64,000 nt of DNA from Heterodontus francisci (GCF_036365525.1 NC_090401.1:42864683-42928682); one strand, 5' to 3'. Counted from the stretch's first letter, positions 52,261 to 63,069 are shown. The notes: generated by a model from the sequence alone, not told the origin. Program-made: numbers and translations.

Positions 52261-52715
52261 GGCAAGAAGCCGCAGGCTATAGGCTTTATTGGGAGGGCGG
52301 CTTCGTGGGGACGAAGCTGGGAAAGGGATATCGAGGCACTGGAGAAGGGGCAGAGCAGATTTATTAGTAGGACACCAGGACTGAAAGGTCATACCGAATA
52401 GGCTGCAGATATATGAAAAGGCTTAATAGGGGAGATGGTTCTACTTGTAGAGGAGGTCAGAATTAGGGACCATAAATTATAGTCACTAATAAAACCAGTA
52501 GGCAATTTAGGACAAATTCTTTACCCAGAGAGTAGTTAGAATGTGGAACTTTTACCACAAGCAAGGAGTGAGTGGCTGAGGCAAACAGTATAGGTGTATT
52601 TAAGTGGAAGCCACATAAACGTGAGCAAGTAAGGTTATGACGATAGTTAGATGAATAAGGTTGGGAGGAGGCTCTGAGGAAGCATAAATGCTGGCATAGA
52701 CCAGTTGAGCAGAAT

Positions 52716-54296
52716 CGTCTTCTGCTCGGATCTGCTGTCCGTGCGCAGACTGATGAGCATCTGCAACCAGTTCGAACTGGCCTCGGGAGCCAAAGTTAAC
52801 CACGGCAAGAGCGAGACCATGTTCTTTGGGAACTGGGCTGACCGATCCTTTGTCCCCTTCACCGTCAGGTCAGACTACCTGAAGGTGCTGGGGATATGGT
52901 TCGGAAGGGCCGGGGCGTACACCAAAACCTGGGAGGAGCGAGTAGCCAAGGTACAACAAAAATTGAGTATGTGGGGGCAGCGATCTCTCTCCATTGTGGG
53001 TAAGAACCTGGTCATCAGGTGCGAGGCGCTCACATTGTTGCTGTACATGGCGCAGGTCTGGCCCATACCCCACTCCTGCGCTGTGGCGGTCACCCGAGCC
53101 ATTTTCCGCTTCATCTGGGGATCTAAAATGGACCGGGTCTGGAGGGACACGATGTTCAAACCTCTGGATAAGGGCGGGAAAAATGTACCCAATGTGGCCC
53201 TCATCCTGATGACCACATTCGTGTGCGGCTGCATCAAGCTGTGTGTAGACCTCCAGTATGCAAACTCCAAGTGTCACTACGTGCTGAGGTTCTATCTGTC
53301 CCTGGTGTTGCGAAGGGTGGGCCTGGTCACATTGCCGCGGAACGCTCCATGCAGTTGGACCGTGCCGTACCACCTATCCTTCGTGGAGCAGTTTCTGCGG
53401 GAAAACACCTTTGACCACCGATCCATCAGGCAATGGTCTGCACGGAATGTCCTCAAGGCCCTACGGGAAAAGGAGACGGTGGATCCTGTCGGATGGTTCC
53501 CCGAGCAGACCGCCAAAGTCATTCGGCGGAATGCCTCATCACCAGAACTTTCAAACAAGCACCAAGATGTAGCTTGGCTGGTGGTGAGAAGGGCCCTCCC
53601 CGTCAGATCCTTCCTGCACGCCTGAAGTCTCGCCCCCTCCGCGCAATGCCCCCGCGGTGGCTGTGGTGGGGAAGAGACGGTTGCCCACCTCCTCCTGGAA
53701 TGTGTCTTTGCAAAGCAGGTGTGGAAAGAGATGCAGTGGTTTTTGTCGAGGTTCATCACAAGCAGCTCTGTAACACAGGAGTCTGTGCTCTACGGGCTGT
53801 TCCCAGGGACGCACACCGAGACAAGCATCAACTGCTGCTGGAGGACTATCAACTCGGTGAAGGACGCCCTTTGGTCTGCCCGAAACTTGCTGGTCTTCCA
53901 GCGCAAAGAGTTGTCCACAACCGAATGTTGCAGACTGGCACATTCCAAGGTCCAGGACTACGTGCTGAGGGATGCACTAAAGCTTGGGGCAGCCGCAGCG
54001 AAGGCTTAATGGGGAAAGACCATAGTGTAAGGTCCCCCCACCAAGCTGAACTGAGGGGCTGGATCCATGGGAAACCCCTCGAACTGTATCGGGAAAATTT
54101 TCATTTGCTGTAAATGTAAAAATGTAATTGGCATGACAAATGTGAAATGGATGGGTTGTGAGGCAACTCATGATTGTATTGAAGGAAACTGATCTCCCTT
54201 GCAATGTTTGTATTTTTTGGTGCTGTTTGAAACTGTTTGGCAATGTATTTTTTACAGATTTTTATGAATAAAGTATATTTTGGAAATTAAAAAAAA
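52716..54296 (+). mobile_element. 5'-truncated L1/Tx1-clade LINE with poly(A) and TSD, inserted in a CR1 remnant
   Basis: FELASGAKVN, YLKVLGIWF, LSIVGKNLVI, CCHC knuckle CPRGGC...ETVAHLLLEC. AATAAA plus A-tail at ~54267-54297. TSD agttgagcagaat at 52703-52715 and 54297-54309. In-frame stops at 53623 and 54007. Confidence 0.9.
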
Positions 54297-54724
54297 AGTT
54301 GAGCAGAATAGCATTTTCTATGCTGTAAATACTTTGTAATTCTCTGCAATCCCTGTGTCACACAGAAACTCCATGCAATTCCTTCTATAAACTTTTCAAA
54401 CCTCTATTCCTAATCTAACTCATACCCTAATCATTTTAAGCTTGGTGATGTCCTATAGTGTAGGCCTTGCACCATAACCAGATTGGTTTTGACATGAACT
54501 AGTGGTGATGAGGTAGCTGCTGTGGAGAAGTTATTCAGCAAGACTGTCAGCTTTGTGTTCACGTTCCCTGACAATATACATGAAGGGTCATGTAAGGATT
54601 CCACTCTGGAGAGATGTTTCGATGTTAGCCCTTGCTCCCCTCTAACTACAGACATCATATTACAGTTAACAGCATTAAGTGCCAGACATCTGGGGATTGA
54701 AGATGTCAGATGTGACTCAGTGTA

Positions 54725-55620
54725 TTGCACTCTTACCTCTTAGAAGCTTGTGGGTTCAAGCCCCATACCCCACTTCAGCCCATAATCCAGGCTGACACTC
54801 TAACAACAACTTACATTTATATTGTGCTTTTAATGTAATAAAACATCCCAAGGTACCTCACAAGAGCATTATAAAACAAAATATGACTGAGCCACATAAG
54901 GAGATATTAGGTCAGATGACCAAAAGCTTAATCAAAGAGGTAGGTTTTAAGGAGCTTCTTAAAGTAGGAAAGTGAGGCGGAGAGGTGGAGGGAGGGAACG
55001 TCAGAGCTTAGGGCCCAGGCAACTGAAGGCGCAGCGACCAATGGTGGAGCTATTAAAATTGGGATGCTCAAGAGGCCTGAATTAAAGGAGTGCAGATATC
55101 TCAGAGGGTGTAAGGCTGGAGGAGATTACAGAGATAGGGTGGGGTGAAGCCATGGATGGATTTGAAAACAAGAATGAGAATTTTAAAATCAAGCTGTAGG
55201 TCAGCAAGCACAAGGATGATGGTTGAATGGGACTTGTTGCGTGTTAACTCACGGGCTGCAGAGTTTTGGATGGACTCAAGTTTACTTGAGGGTCAGTACA
55301 GAGGGAGTGCTGTACTATTAGAGGTGCCGTCTATCGAATGCGACATTAAACCGAGGCCCCATTTGCCCTCTTGTATGGATGTTAAAGATCCCATGGCACT
55401 ATTTGAAGAAGAGCAAGGAAGTTCCCTGCAATGTCCTGGTCAATATTTATCTCTTCAATACTTAAAACAATTTATCTAATCATTATCACATTGCTGTGTG
55501 CAATTGGCTGCTCTGTTTCTTACATTACAACAGTGACTTCACTTCAAAGGTACTCACTTGGGTGTGAAGTTCTTTGATACCTCCTGAGGTTGCAAACTGC
55601 GTTATATAAATGCAAAACTT
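54725..55620 (+). mobile_element. tRNA-SINE split by an antisense L2 3' fragment (~54801-55285)
   Basis: Head runs to ggctgacactc; then the L2 tail aacaacaacttacatttata; the SINE resumes at gagggtcagtacagagggagtgctg. Confidence 0.7.
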
Positions 55621-55774
55621 TGTTTTTCTATTTTGATGTGCTCTGGAGTTCTCTAGATAATGAGATGCCCAGTGGCGTCCCCGTGTCGACATGGCTCGTT
55701 CACCTGCACAGTTGCATTTTAAAGGTTAGGTTTTCCATGGAGTAACAAATATTCCCCTCTCTGTGTTTGGTCTA

Positions 55775-56512
55775 AATGGTGAGAGATTGCAGAGCTCTGA
55801 GATGTAGAGGGATCTGGGTGTTCTAGTGCATGAATTGCAAAAGGTTAGTATGCAGGTTCAGCAAGTAATTAAGAAAGCTAATAGAATGTTATTGTTTATT
55901 GCAAGAGGAATTGAATACAAAGGTAGGGAGGTTATGCTTCACTTATACAGGGCATTGGTGAGACCACATCTGGAGTACTGTGTACAGTATTGGTCTCCTT
56001 ATTTAAGGATGTAAATGCATTGGACGTAGTTCAGACTAATACCTGGAATGGGTGGGTGGTCTTATGAGGAAAGGTTGGACAGGCTAGGCTTGTATCAGCT
56101 GGAGTTTAGAAGAGCAAAAGGCGACTTTATTGAAACATATAAGATCCTGAGGGGTCTTGACATGGTGGATGTGGGAAGGATGTTTCCCCTTGTGGGAGAA
56201 ACTAGAACTAGGTGTCACTATTTAAAAATAAGGGTTCGCCCATTTAAGACAGAAATGAGGAGAAAGTTTTCTCTCAGAGGGTCGTGAGTCTTTGGAATTC
56301 TCTTCCTCAAAAGGCAGTAGAAGCAGAGTCTTTAAATATTTTTAAGACAGAGGTAGGTAGATTCTTGATAAGCAAGGGGGTGAAAGGTTATCGGGGTAGG
56401 CAGGAATGTAGAGATGAGGTTTCAATCAGATCAGCCATGATCTTATTGAATGGCGGAGCAGGCTTGAGGGGCCGAGTGGCCTACTCCTGCTCATAATTCA
56501 TATGTTCGTATG
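55775..56512 (+). mobile_element. CR1 LINE 3' fragment
   Basis: LYRALVRPHLEYCVQYWSPYL; tatgttcgtatg tail. Confidence 0.88.
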
Positions 56513-57121
56513 GGTCAATCAATACTTCCTGATCCAATATCCAGCCATAGGCATTTTCCATTCGGGGTTAGGAACATACCAATAGGAGGAGGCTATTCAA
56601 CTCCTCAAATCTGTTTCACCATCTGTTAGATCATGGCTGATCTGTACCTCAAATCCATTTGCCCACCTTTGCTCCATATCCCTTAATACCCTAGCCTAAC
56701 AAAAATCTGTTGATCTGCCTTGAAAATGATCAGAACTGAAACCCCAGTTTGTCTCTTCTCCAGCACAGGGGTGAATTATAGCAGCACCACTGCTATGTCA
56801 TTGGAGGTCAGCCTACGGTATGGGCAGAGTAGAGCCTGGAACTTCCCAGACTCTGCAGCTCAGCACCATCTCAGTCAGTTCATTTACTCCCCAAGCCACT
56901 GGATCCAGTTTATGTTACTTCTGAACTTGGTTAAGGTTTACAACAGATTAGGATATTTGCTGAGAGACAGCAGTTGTTTTACTAATAATGCAGTGATCTG
57001 ACATCAGGTAGAATTGTTTATGATAAAAGCAAAATACTGCGGATGCTGGAAATCTGAAACAAAAACAAGAAATGCTGGATTCACTCAGCAGGTCTGGCAG
57101 CATCTGTAGAAAGAGAAGCAG

Positions 57122-57158
57122 AGTTAACGTTTCGGGTCAGTGACCCTTCTTCGGAACT
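57122..57158 (-). ncRNA. Minimal type-I hammerhead ribozyme motif (downstream pLTR)
   Basis: Minus strand AGTT-CCGAAGA-A-GGGTCA-C-TGACCC-GAA-ACGT-T^AACT: helix I AGTT/AACT, 6-bp helix II, palindromic ACGT in place of helix III. The core is CCGANGA rather than CUGANGA. Confidence 0.75.
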
Positions 57159-57515
57159 GACAAATATTAGAAAAGTCACAGATTATAAACAAGTGAGGTG
57201 GGGGTTGGGCAAGAGATAACAAAGGAGAAGGTGCAGATTGGACCAGGCCACATAGCTGACCAAAAGGTCACAGAGCAAAGGCAAACAATATGTTAATGGT
57301 GTTTTGAAAGACAAAGCATTAGTACAGATTAGGTGTGAATATACTGAATATAGAACATCAGCAAGTGCAAACCTGAAGAAAAACAACCTGAAAAAAACAG
57401 TGGGTAAGCAAACTGAACAAACTAAGATGAAATGAAATAAATGCAAAAAATGTAAAAAGGAATGCAAAAAAAAGGAAGAAAAAATAACTAAAAATGAAAG
57501 TAAAGTGGGGGGCTG

Positions 57516-60266
57516 TCATGCTCTGAAATTATTGAACTCAATGTTCAGTCCGGCAGGCTGTAGTGTGCCTAATCGGTAGATGAGATGCTGTTCCTCGAGC
57601 TTGCGTTGATGTTCACTGGAACACTGCAGCAATCCCAGGACAGAGATCTGAGCATGAGAGCAGGGGGGAGTGTTGAAATGGCAAGCAACCGGAAGCTCAG
57701 GGTCCTGCTTGCAGACTGAGCGGAGATGTTCCGCAAAGCGGTCACCCAGTCTGCGCTTGGTCTCCCCAATGTAGAGGAGACCACACTGTGAGCAGCGAAT
57801 ACAGTATACTACATTGAAAGAAGTACAAGTAAATCGCTGCTTCACCTGAAAGGAGTGTTTGGGGCCTAGGATAGTGAGGAGAGAGGAGGTAAATGGGCAG
57901 GTATTACACCTCCTGCGATTGCAGGGGAAGGTGCCCTGGGACGGGGACGAGGTGGTGGGGGTAATGGAGGAGTGGACCAGGGTGTCGCGGAGGGAACGAT
58001 CCCTTCGGAATGCTGACAGGGGAAGGGAGGGGAAGATGCGACTGGTAGTGGCATCACGCTGGAGGTGGCGAAAATGGCGGAGGATGATCCTTTGGATATG
58101 GAGGCTGGTGGGATGAAAAGTGAGGACAAGGGGAACCCTGTCACGGTTCTGGGAGGGAGGGGAAGGGGTGAGGGTAGAGGTGCGGGGAATGGGTCGGACA
58201 CGGTTGAGGGCCCTGTCAACCACAGTGGGGGGAAATCCTCGGTTGAGGAAAAAGGAGGTCATATCAGAAGCACCGTCATGGAAGGTAGCATCATCAGAGC
58301 AGATGCGTCGGAGACGGAGAAACTGGGAGAATGGAATGGAGTCCTTACAGGAGGTAGGGTGTGAAGAAGTGTAGTCGAGGTAGCTGTGGGAGTCAGTGGG
58401 CTTATAATGGATATTGGTAGACAACCTATCCCCAGAGATGGAGACAGAGAAGTCGAGGAAGGGAAGGGAAGTGTCAGAGATGGACCATGTAAAGGTGAGA
58501 GAAGGGTGGAAATTGGAAGCAAAGTTGATAAAGTTTTCGAGTTCGGGGCGGGAGCAGGAAACGGCACCGATACAGTCATCAATGTACCGGAAAAAGAGTT
58601 GGGGGAGGGGGCCTGAGTAGGACTGGAACAAAGAATGCTCGACATATCCCACAAAAAGACAGGCATAACTAGGACCCATGCGGGTACCCATAGCGACACC
58701 TTTTACTTGAAGGAAGTGCGTGGAGTTGAAGGAGAAGTTGTTCAATGTGAGAACAAGTTCAGCCAGGCAGAGGAGGGTGGTGGTGGATGGGGACTGGTTG
58801 GGCCTCTGTTCCAGGAAGAAGCGGAGAGCCCTCAAACCATCCTGGTGGGGGATGGAGGTGTAGAGCGATTGGACGTCCATAGTGAAGAGGAGGCGGTTGG
58901 GACCAGGAAACTGGAAATTGTCAAAATGACGTAGGGCGTCAGAAGAGTCACGGATGTAGGTGGGAAGAGACTGCACCAGCGGAGAAAAGATGGAGTCTAG
59001 ATAGGAAGAAATAAGTTCAGTTGGGCAGGAGCAGGCTGACACAATGGGTCTGCCGGGACAGTCCCGTTTGTGGATTTTGGGAAGGAGATAGAAGCGGGCT
59101 GTCCGGGGTTGCGGGACTATGAGGTTGGAAGCTGTAGAGGGAAGATCTCCAGAGGAGATGAGGTCAGTGACAGTCCTTTGGACGGTGGCTTGATGTTCGG
59201 TGGTGGGGTCATGGTCCAGAGGGAGGTAGGAAGAGGTGTCTGTGAGTTGGCGTTGAGCTTCTGCAAGGTAGAGGTCGGTACGCCATACAACAACAGCACC
59301 ACCCTTGTCTGCAGGTTTGATGACCATGTCGGGGTTAGACCTGAGAGAACGGAGTGCCTCAAGTTCAGAGGGGGACAGGTTAGAGTGAGTGAGGGGGGCA
59401 GCGAAATTGAGACGACCAATGTCTCGCCGACAGTTTTCAATGAAGAGATCAAGAGCGGGTAAGAGGCCAGGGTGAGGGGTCCAGGTAGAGGGAGAATACT
59501 GGAGGCGGGTGAATGGGTCTGCTGGTCGGGGGGAGGACTCCTGGTCAAAGAAGTGAGCCCGGAGGCGGAGGCGACGGAAGAAGAGCTCAACGTCATGCCG
59601 AGCGCGAAATTCATTGAGGTGGGGGCGTAAGGGGATAAAACTGAGTCCTTTGCTGAGTACAGAACGCTCAGCATCAGAGATGGGGAGGTCAGAGGGTATA
59701 GTGAATACACGGCAAGGGGTCAGATCAGAAGGGGTGGGGTCAGAGGGAAGTGAAGCGGAAGGAGGATCTGGAGGGGCATTAGTCCCCATCAGCTGCTGGA
59801 GCTTGCGTTCCTTAACACCTGAAAGGAAGAAAAAAAGTTTTTTGTTAATGCGTCGGATGAGACGTAAGATGAGATGAAACTGCAGAGTAGAACAGCTTTG
59901 AGATAAGGTGAGACGGTGCTGCTGGAGAGAGAGGTCCAGTGTGTGCATATGGCGGCGCATAGCACTGAGCGTGGATCTCAGGATACGGCGAGAGTAGCAG
60001 TCCGAGGAACGTTGTATTTCTCGGAGATACCTGTGATCCTGGGTGGTTTCAAAGCATGATGGGTGAAACTGCAGTTGGAATCCACGTGGAATCAGTCGGA
60101 GCCGGAGACAGTCACTGAGGAAGGAGATGTGGCTGTGAAAACGAGTTTTGGTAGATACCTTATCAAACACCAGGAGGGAAATAGAAAGCAATGAAGGTGA
60201 ACAAGGTAAAAGAGACAAACGAAAATCCCGTCGGAGAGAAGAGCAGAACTTCTTCAAGGTAGGCAT
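57516..60266 (-). CDS. Penelope-like polyprotein: reverse transcriptase + Cys-rich linker + GIY-YIG endonuclease (916 aa, uninterrupted)
   Basis: IKPADKGGAVVV, FYLLPKIHK, GRPIVS, TMDVQSLYTSIP, GVAMGTRMGPSYA, FRYIDD, FLD; linker CNRRRCNTC; VVYCIRCSQCGLLYIGETKR; terminal GLN. Confidence 0.95.
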   Translation of the reverse strand: MPTLKKFCSSLRRDFRLSLLPCSPSLLSISLLVFDKVSTKTRFHSHISFLSDCLRLRLIPRGFQLQFHPSCFETTQDHRYLREIQRSSDCYSRRILRSTLSAMRRHMHTLDLSLQQHRLTLSQSCSTLQFHLILRLIRRINKKLFFFLSGVKERKLQQLMGTNAPPDPPSASLPSDPTPSDLTPCRVFTIPSDLPISDAERSVLSKGLSFIPLRPHLNEFRARHDVELFFRRLRLRAHFFDQESSPRPADPFTRLQYSPSTWTPHPGLLPALDLFIENCRRDIGRLNFAAPLTHSNLSPSELEALRSLRSNPDMVIKPADKGGAVVVWRTDLYLAEAQRQLTDTSSYLPLDHDPTTEHQATVQRTVTDLISSGDLPSTASNLIVPQPRTARFYLLPKIHKRDCPGRPIVSACSCPTELISSYLDSIFSPLVQSLPTYIRDSSDALRHFDNFQFPGPNRLLFTMDVQSLYTSIPHQDGLRALRFFLEQRPNQSPSTTTLLCLAELVLTLNNFSFNSTHFLQVKGVAMGTRMGPSYACLFVGYVEHSLFQSYSGPLPQLFFRYIDDCIGAVSCSRPELENFINFASNFHPSLTFTWSISDTSLPFLDFSVSISGDRLSTNIHYKPTDSHSYLDYTSSHPTSCKDSIPFSQFLRLRRICSDDATFHDGASDMTSFFLNRGFPPTVVDRALNRVRPIPRTSTLTPSPPSQNRDRVPLVLTFHPTSLHIQRIILRHFRHLQRDATTSRIFPSLPLSAFRRDRSLRDTLVHSSITPTTSSPSQGTFPCNRRRCNTCPFTSSLLTILGPKHSFQVKQRFTCTSFNVVYCIRCSQCGLLYIGETKRRLGDRFAEHLRSVCKQDPELPVACHFNTPPCSHAQISVLGLLQCSSEHQRKLEEQHLIYRLGTLQPAGLNIEFNNFRA

Positions 60267-60281
60267 TCCTGGAAGAGAAGT

Positions 60282-62011
60282 TTCTTTTGGGCCTCCTTAT
60301 CTCGAGAGACAATGGATACGCGCCTGGAGGTGGTCAGTGGTTTGTGAAGCAGCGCCTGGAGTGGCTATAAAGGCCAATTCTGGAGTGACAGGCTCTTCCA
60401 CAGGTGCTGCAGAGAAATTTGTTTGTTGGGGCTGTTGCACAGTTGGCTCTCCCCTTGCGCCTCTGTCTTTTTTCCTGCCAACTACTAAGTCTCCGACTCG
60501 CCACAATTTAGCCCTGTCTTTATGGCTGCCCGCCAGCTCTGGCGAATGCTGGCAACTGACTCCCACGACTTGTGATCAATGTCACACGATTTCATGTCGC
60601 GTTTGCAGACGTCTTTATAACGGAGACATGGACGGCCGGTGGGTCTGATACCAGTGGCGAGCTCGCTGTACAATGTGTCTTTGGGGATCCTGCCATCTTC
60701 CATGCGGCTCACATGGCCAAGCCATCTCAAGCGCCGCTGACTCAGTAGTGTGTATAAGCTGGGGGTGTTGGCCGCTTCAAGGACTTCTGTGTTGGAGATA
60801 TAGTCCTGCCACCTGATGCCAAGTATTCTCCGAAGGCAGCGAAGATGGAATGAATTGAGACGTCGCTCTTGGCTGGCATACGTTGTCCAGGCCTCGCTGC
60901 CGTAGAGCAAGGTACTGAGGACACAGGCCTGGTACACTCGGACTTTTGTGTTCCGTGTCAGTGCGCCATTTTCCCACACTCTCTTGGCCAGTCTGGACAT
61001 AGCAGTGGAAGCCTTACCCATGCGCTTGTTGATTTCTGCATCTAGAGACAGGTTACTGGTGATAGTTGAGCCTAGGTAGGTGAACTCTTGAACCACTTCC
61101 AGAGCGTGGTCGCCAATATTGATGGATGGAGCATTTCTGACATCCTGCCCCATGATGTTCGTTTTCTTGAGGCTGATGGTTAGGCCAAGTTTATTGCAGG
61201 CAGACGCAAACCTGTCGATGAGACTCTGCAGGCATTCTTCAGTGTGAGATGTTAAAGCAGCATCGTCAGCAAAGAGGAGTTCTCTGATGAGGACTTTCCG
61301 TACTTTGGACTTCGCTCTTAGACGGGCAAGGTTGAACAACCTGCCCCCTGATCTTGTGTGGAGGAAAATTCCTTCTTCAGAGGATTTGAACGCATGTGAA
61401 AGCAGCAGGGAGAAGAAAATCCCAAAAAGAGTGGGTGCGAGAACACAGCCCTGTTTCACACCACTCAGGATAGGAAAGGGCTCTGATGAGGAGCCACCAT
61501 GTTGAATTGTGCCTTTCATATTGTCATGGAATGAGGTGATGATACTTAGTAGCTTTGGTGGACATCCGATCTTTTCTAGTAGTCTGAAGAGACCACGTCT
61601 GCTGACGAGGTCAAAGGCTTTGGTGAGATCAATGAAAGCAATGTAGAGGGGCATCTGTTGTTCACGGCATTTCTCCTGTATCTGACGAAGGGAGAACAGC
61701 ATGTCAATAGTCGATCTCTCTGCACGAAAGCCACACTGTGCCTCAGGGTAGCGCGCTCGGCCAGCTTCTGGAGCCTGTTCAGAGCGACTCGAGCAAAGAC
61801 TTTCCCCACTATGCTGAGCAGGGAGATTCCACGGTAGTTGTTGCAGTCACCGCGGTCACCTTTGTTTTTATAGAGGGTGATGATGTTGGCATCGCGCATG
61901 TCCTGGGGTACTGCTCCCTCGTCCCAGCACAGGCATAGCAGTTCATGTAGTGCTGAGAGTATAGCAGGCTTGGCACTCTTGATTATTTCAGGGGTAATGC
62001 TGTCCTTCCCA
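60282..62011 (-). mobile_element. 5'-truncated, frameshifted RTE (BovB-like) LINE nested in the Penelope 5' leader
   Basis: NYRGISLLS, FIDLTKAFD, GVKQGCVLAPTLF, ELLFADDAAL. TSD ggaagagaagt at 60271-60281 and 62012-62022. Frameshifts at ~61750 and ~60494. Confidence 0.93.
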
Positions 62012-62142
62012 GGAAGAGAAGTGGCAGTGAATTAAACACTAAAATAAAAGCAAAATACCGCGGATGCTGGAAATCTGAAACAAAAACAAGAAATGCTGGA
62101 TTCACTCAGCAGGTCTGGCAGCATCTGTAGAAAGAGAAGCAG

Positions 62143-62179
62143 AGTTAACGTTTCGGGTCAGTGACCCTTCTTCGGAACT
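62143..62179 (-). ncRNA. Minimal hammerhead ribozyme motif (upstream pLTR)
   Basis: Identical to 57122-57158. Confidence 0.75.
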
Positions 62180-63027
62180 GACAAATATTAGAAAAGTCAC
62201 AGATTATAAACAAGTGAGGTGGGGGGTGGGCAAGAGATAACAAAGGAGAAGGTGCAGATTGGACCAGGCCACATAGCTGACCAAAAGGTCACAGAGCAAA
62301 GGCAAACAATATGTTAATGGTGTTTTGAAAGACAAAGCATTAGTACAGATTAGGTGTGAATATACTGAATATAGAACATCAGCAAGTGCAAACCTGAAGA
62401 AAAACAACCTGAAAAAAACAGTGGGTAAGCAAACTGAACAAACTAAGATGAAATGAAATAAATGCAAAAAATGTAAAAAGGAATGCAAAAAAAAGGAAGA
62501 AAAAATAACTAAAAATGAAAGTAAAGTGGGGGGCTGTCATGCTCTGAAATTATTGAACTCAATGTTCAGTCCGGCAGGCTGTAGTGTGCCTAATCGGTAG
62601 ATGAGATGCTGTTCCTCGAGCTTGCGTTGATGTTCACTGGAACACTGCAGCAATCCCAGGACAGAGATGTGAGCATGAGAGCAGGGGGGAGTGTTGAAAT
62701 GGCAAGAATTGTTTATGAGTTCATTTCCTTCAAGGCTGCATACAGCAAACATTCCTTATCTAATTAGAAAGCCTGATATCGCTTTCTGTAACTGAGTGTA
62801 CTTGATTGGTGTTCTGTGAATGGCCTCTTGTGCACTGGTACGGGGTGGGTTTAAAGTCTGTGTACATGACATCAGGTAATCGAGATAAGCCACTTCCATC
62901 TGTCTGACCTGGTGCTTCATTGAAAAAAAATCCTTATCTGCTGCTCGCCTGCACCGTCGGGACAAGTCTCTTGGCCAATTAGTTACTGTGGGCTTGTTTT
63001 TCAATGAAAGCTGTTTGTCCCTTGAGG

Positions 63028-63069
63028 CCAAGGTCACTTTTAGGCATTGAATGAAACTGAGTATAAATA
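63028..63069 (+). promoter_or_regulatory. NR0B2 proximal promoter: NR5A (LRH-1/SF-1) site and TATA box
   Basis: CCAAGGTCA at 63028-63036 and TATAAATA at 63062-63069; a second NR5A-like site, TCAAGGCTG, at 62730-62738. SHP is an established LRH-1 target in mammals. Confidence 0.6.

Larger units (their letters stand above)
57024..62704 (-). mobile_element. Full-length Penelope-like element (Neptune-type) with pseudo-LTRs and a nested RTE LINE
   Basis: Direct repeats 57024-57685 and 62045-62706 (offset 5021, 3 substitutions). TSD agaattgtttatga at 57010-57023 and 62705-62718. RT + GIY-YIG ORF. Confidence 0.95.

Noticed and set aside
56877-56889. FXR IR1-like element (reverse complement GAGTAAATGAACT) that the Penelope might have displaced from SHP
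   Set aside because: Two mismatches to the recalled mammalian element, and it lies in what looks like a decayed SINE head; chance cannot be excluded.
57183-57467. Duplicated 94-aa hydrophobic ORF (also 62204-62488) as an accessory membrane protein
   Set aside because: Non-ATG start within the U-rich 3' UTR; the Phe/Leu richness follows from base composition, and the duplication is just the pLTR.
60485-61899. RTE RT fused in frame to the Penelope ORF as a two-RT protein
   Set aside because: The RTE is frameshifted and ends with its own stop, 3' UTR, tail and TSD before the Penelope ATG.
57024-62706. LTR retrotransposon or endogenous retrovirus
   Set aside because: The repeats lack TG...CA ends, PBS/PPT, gag and integrase, and they include the ORF 3' end. 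This is a Penelope pseudo-LTR.
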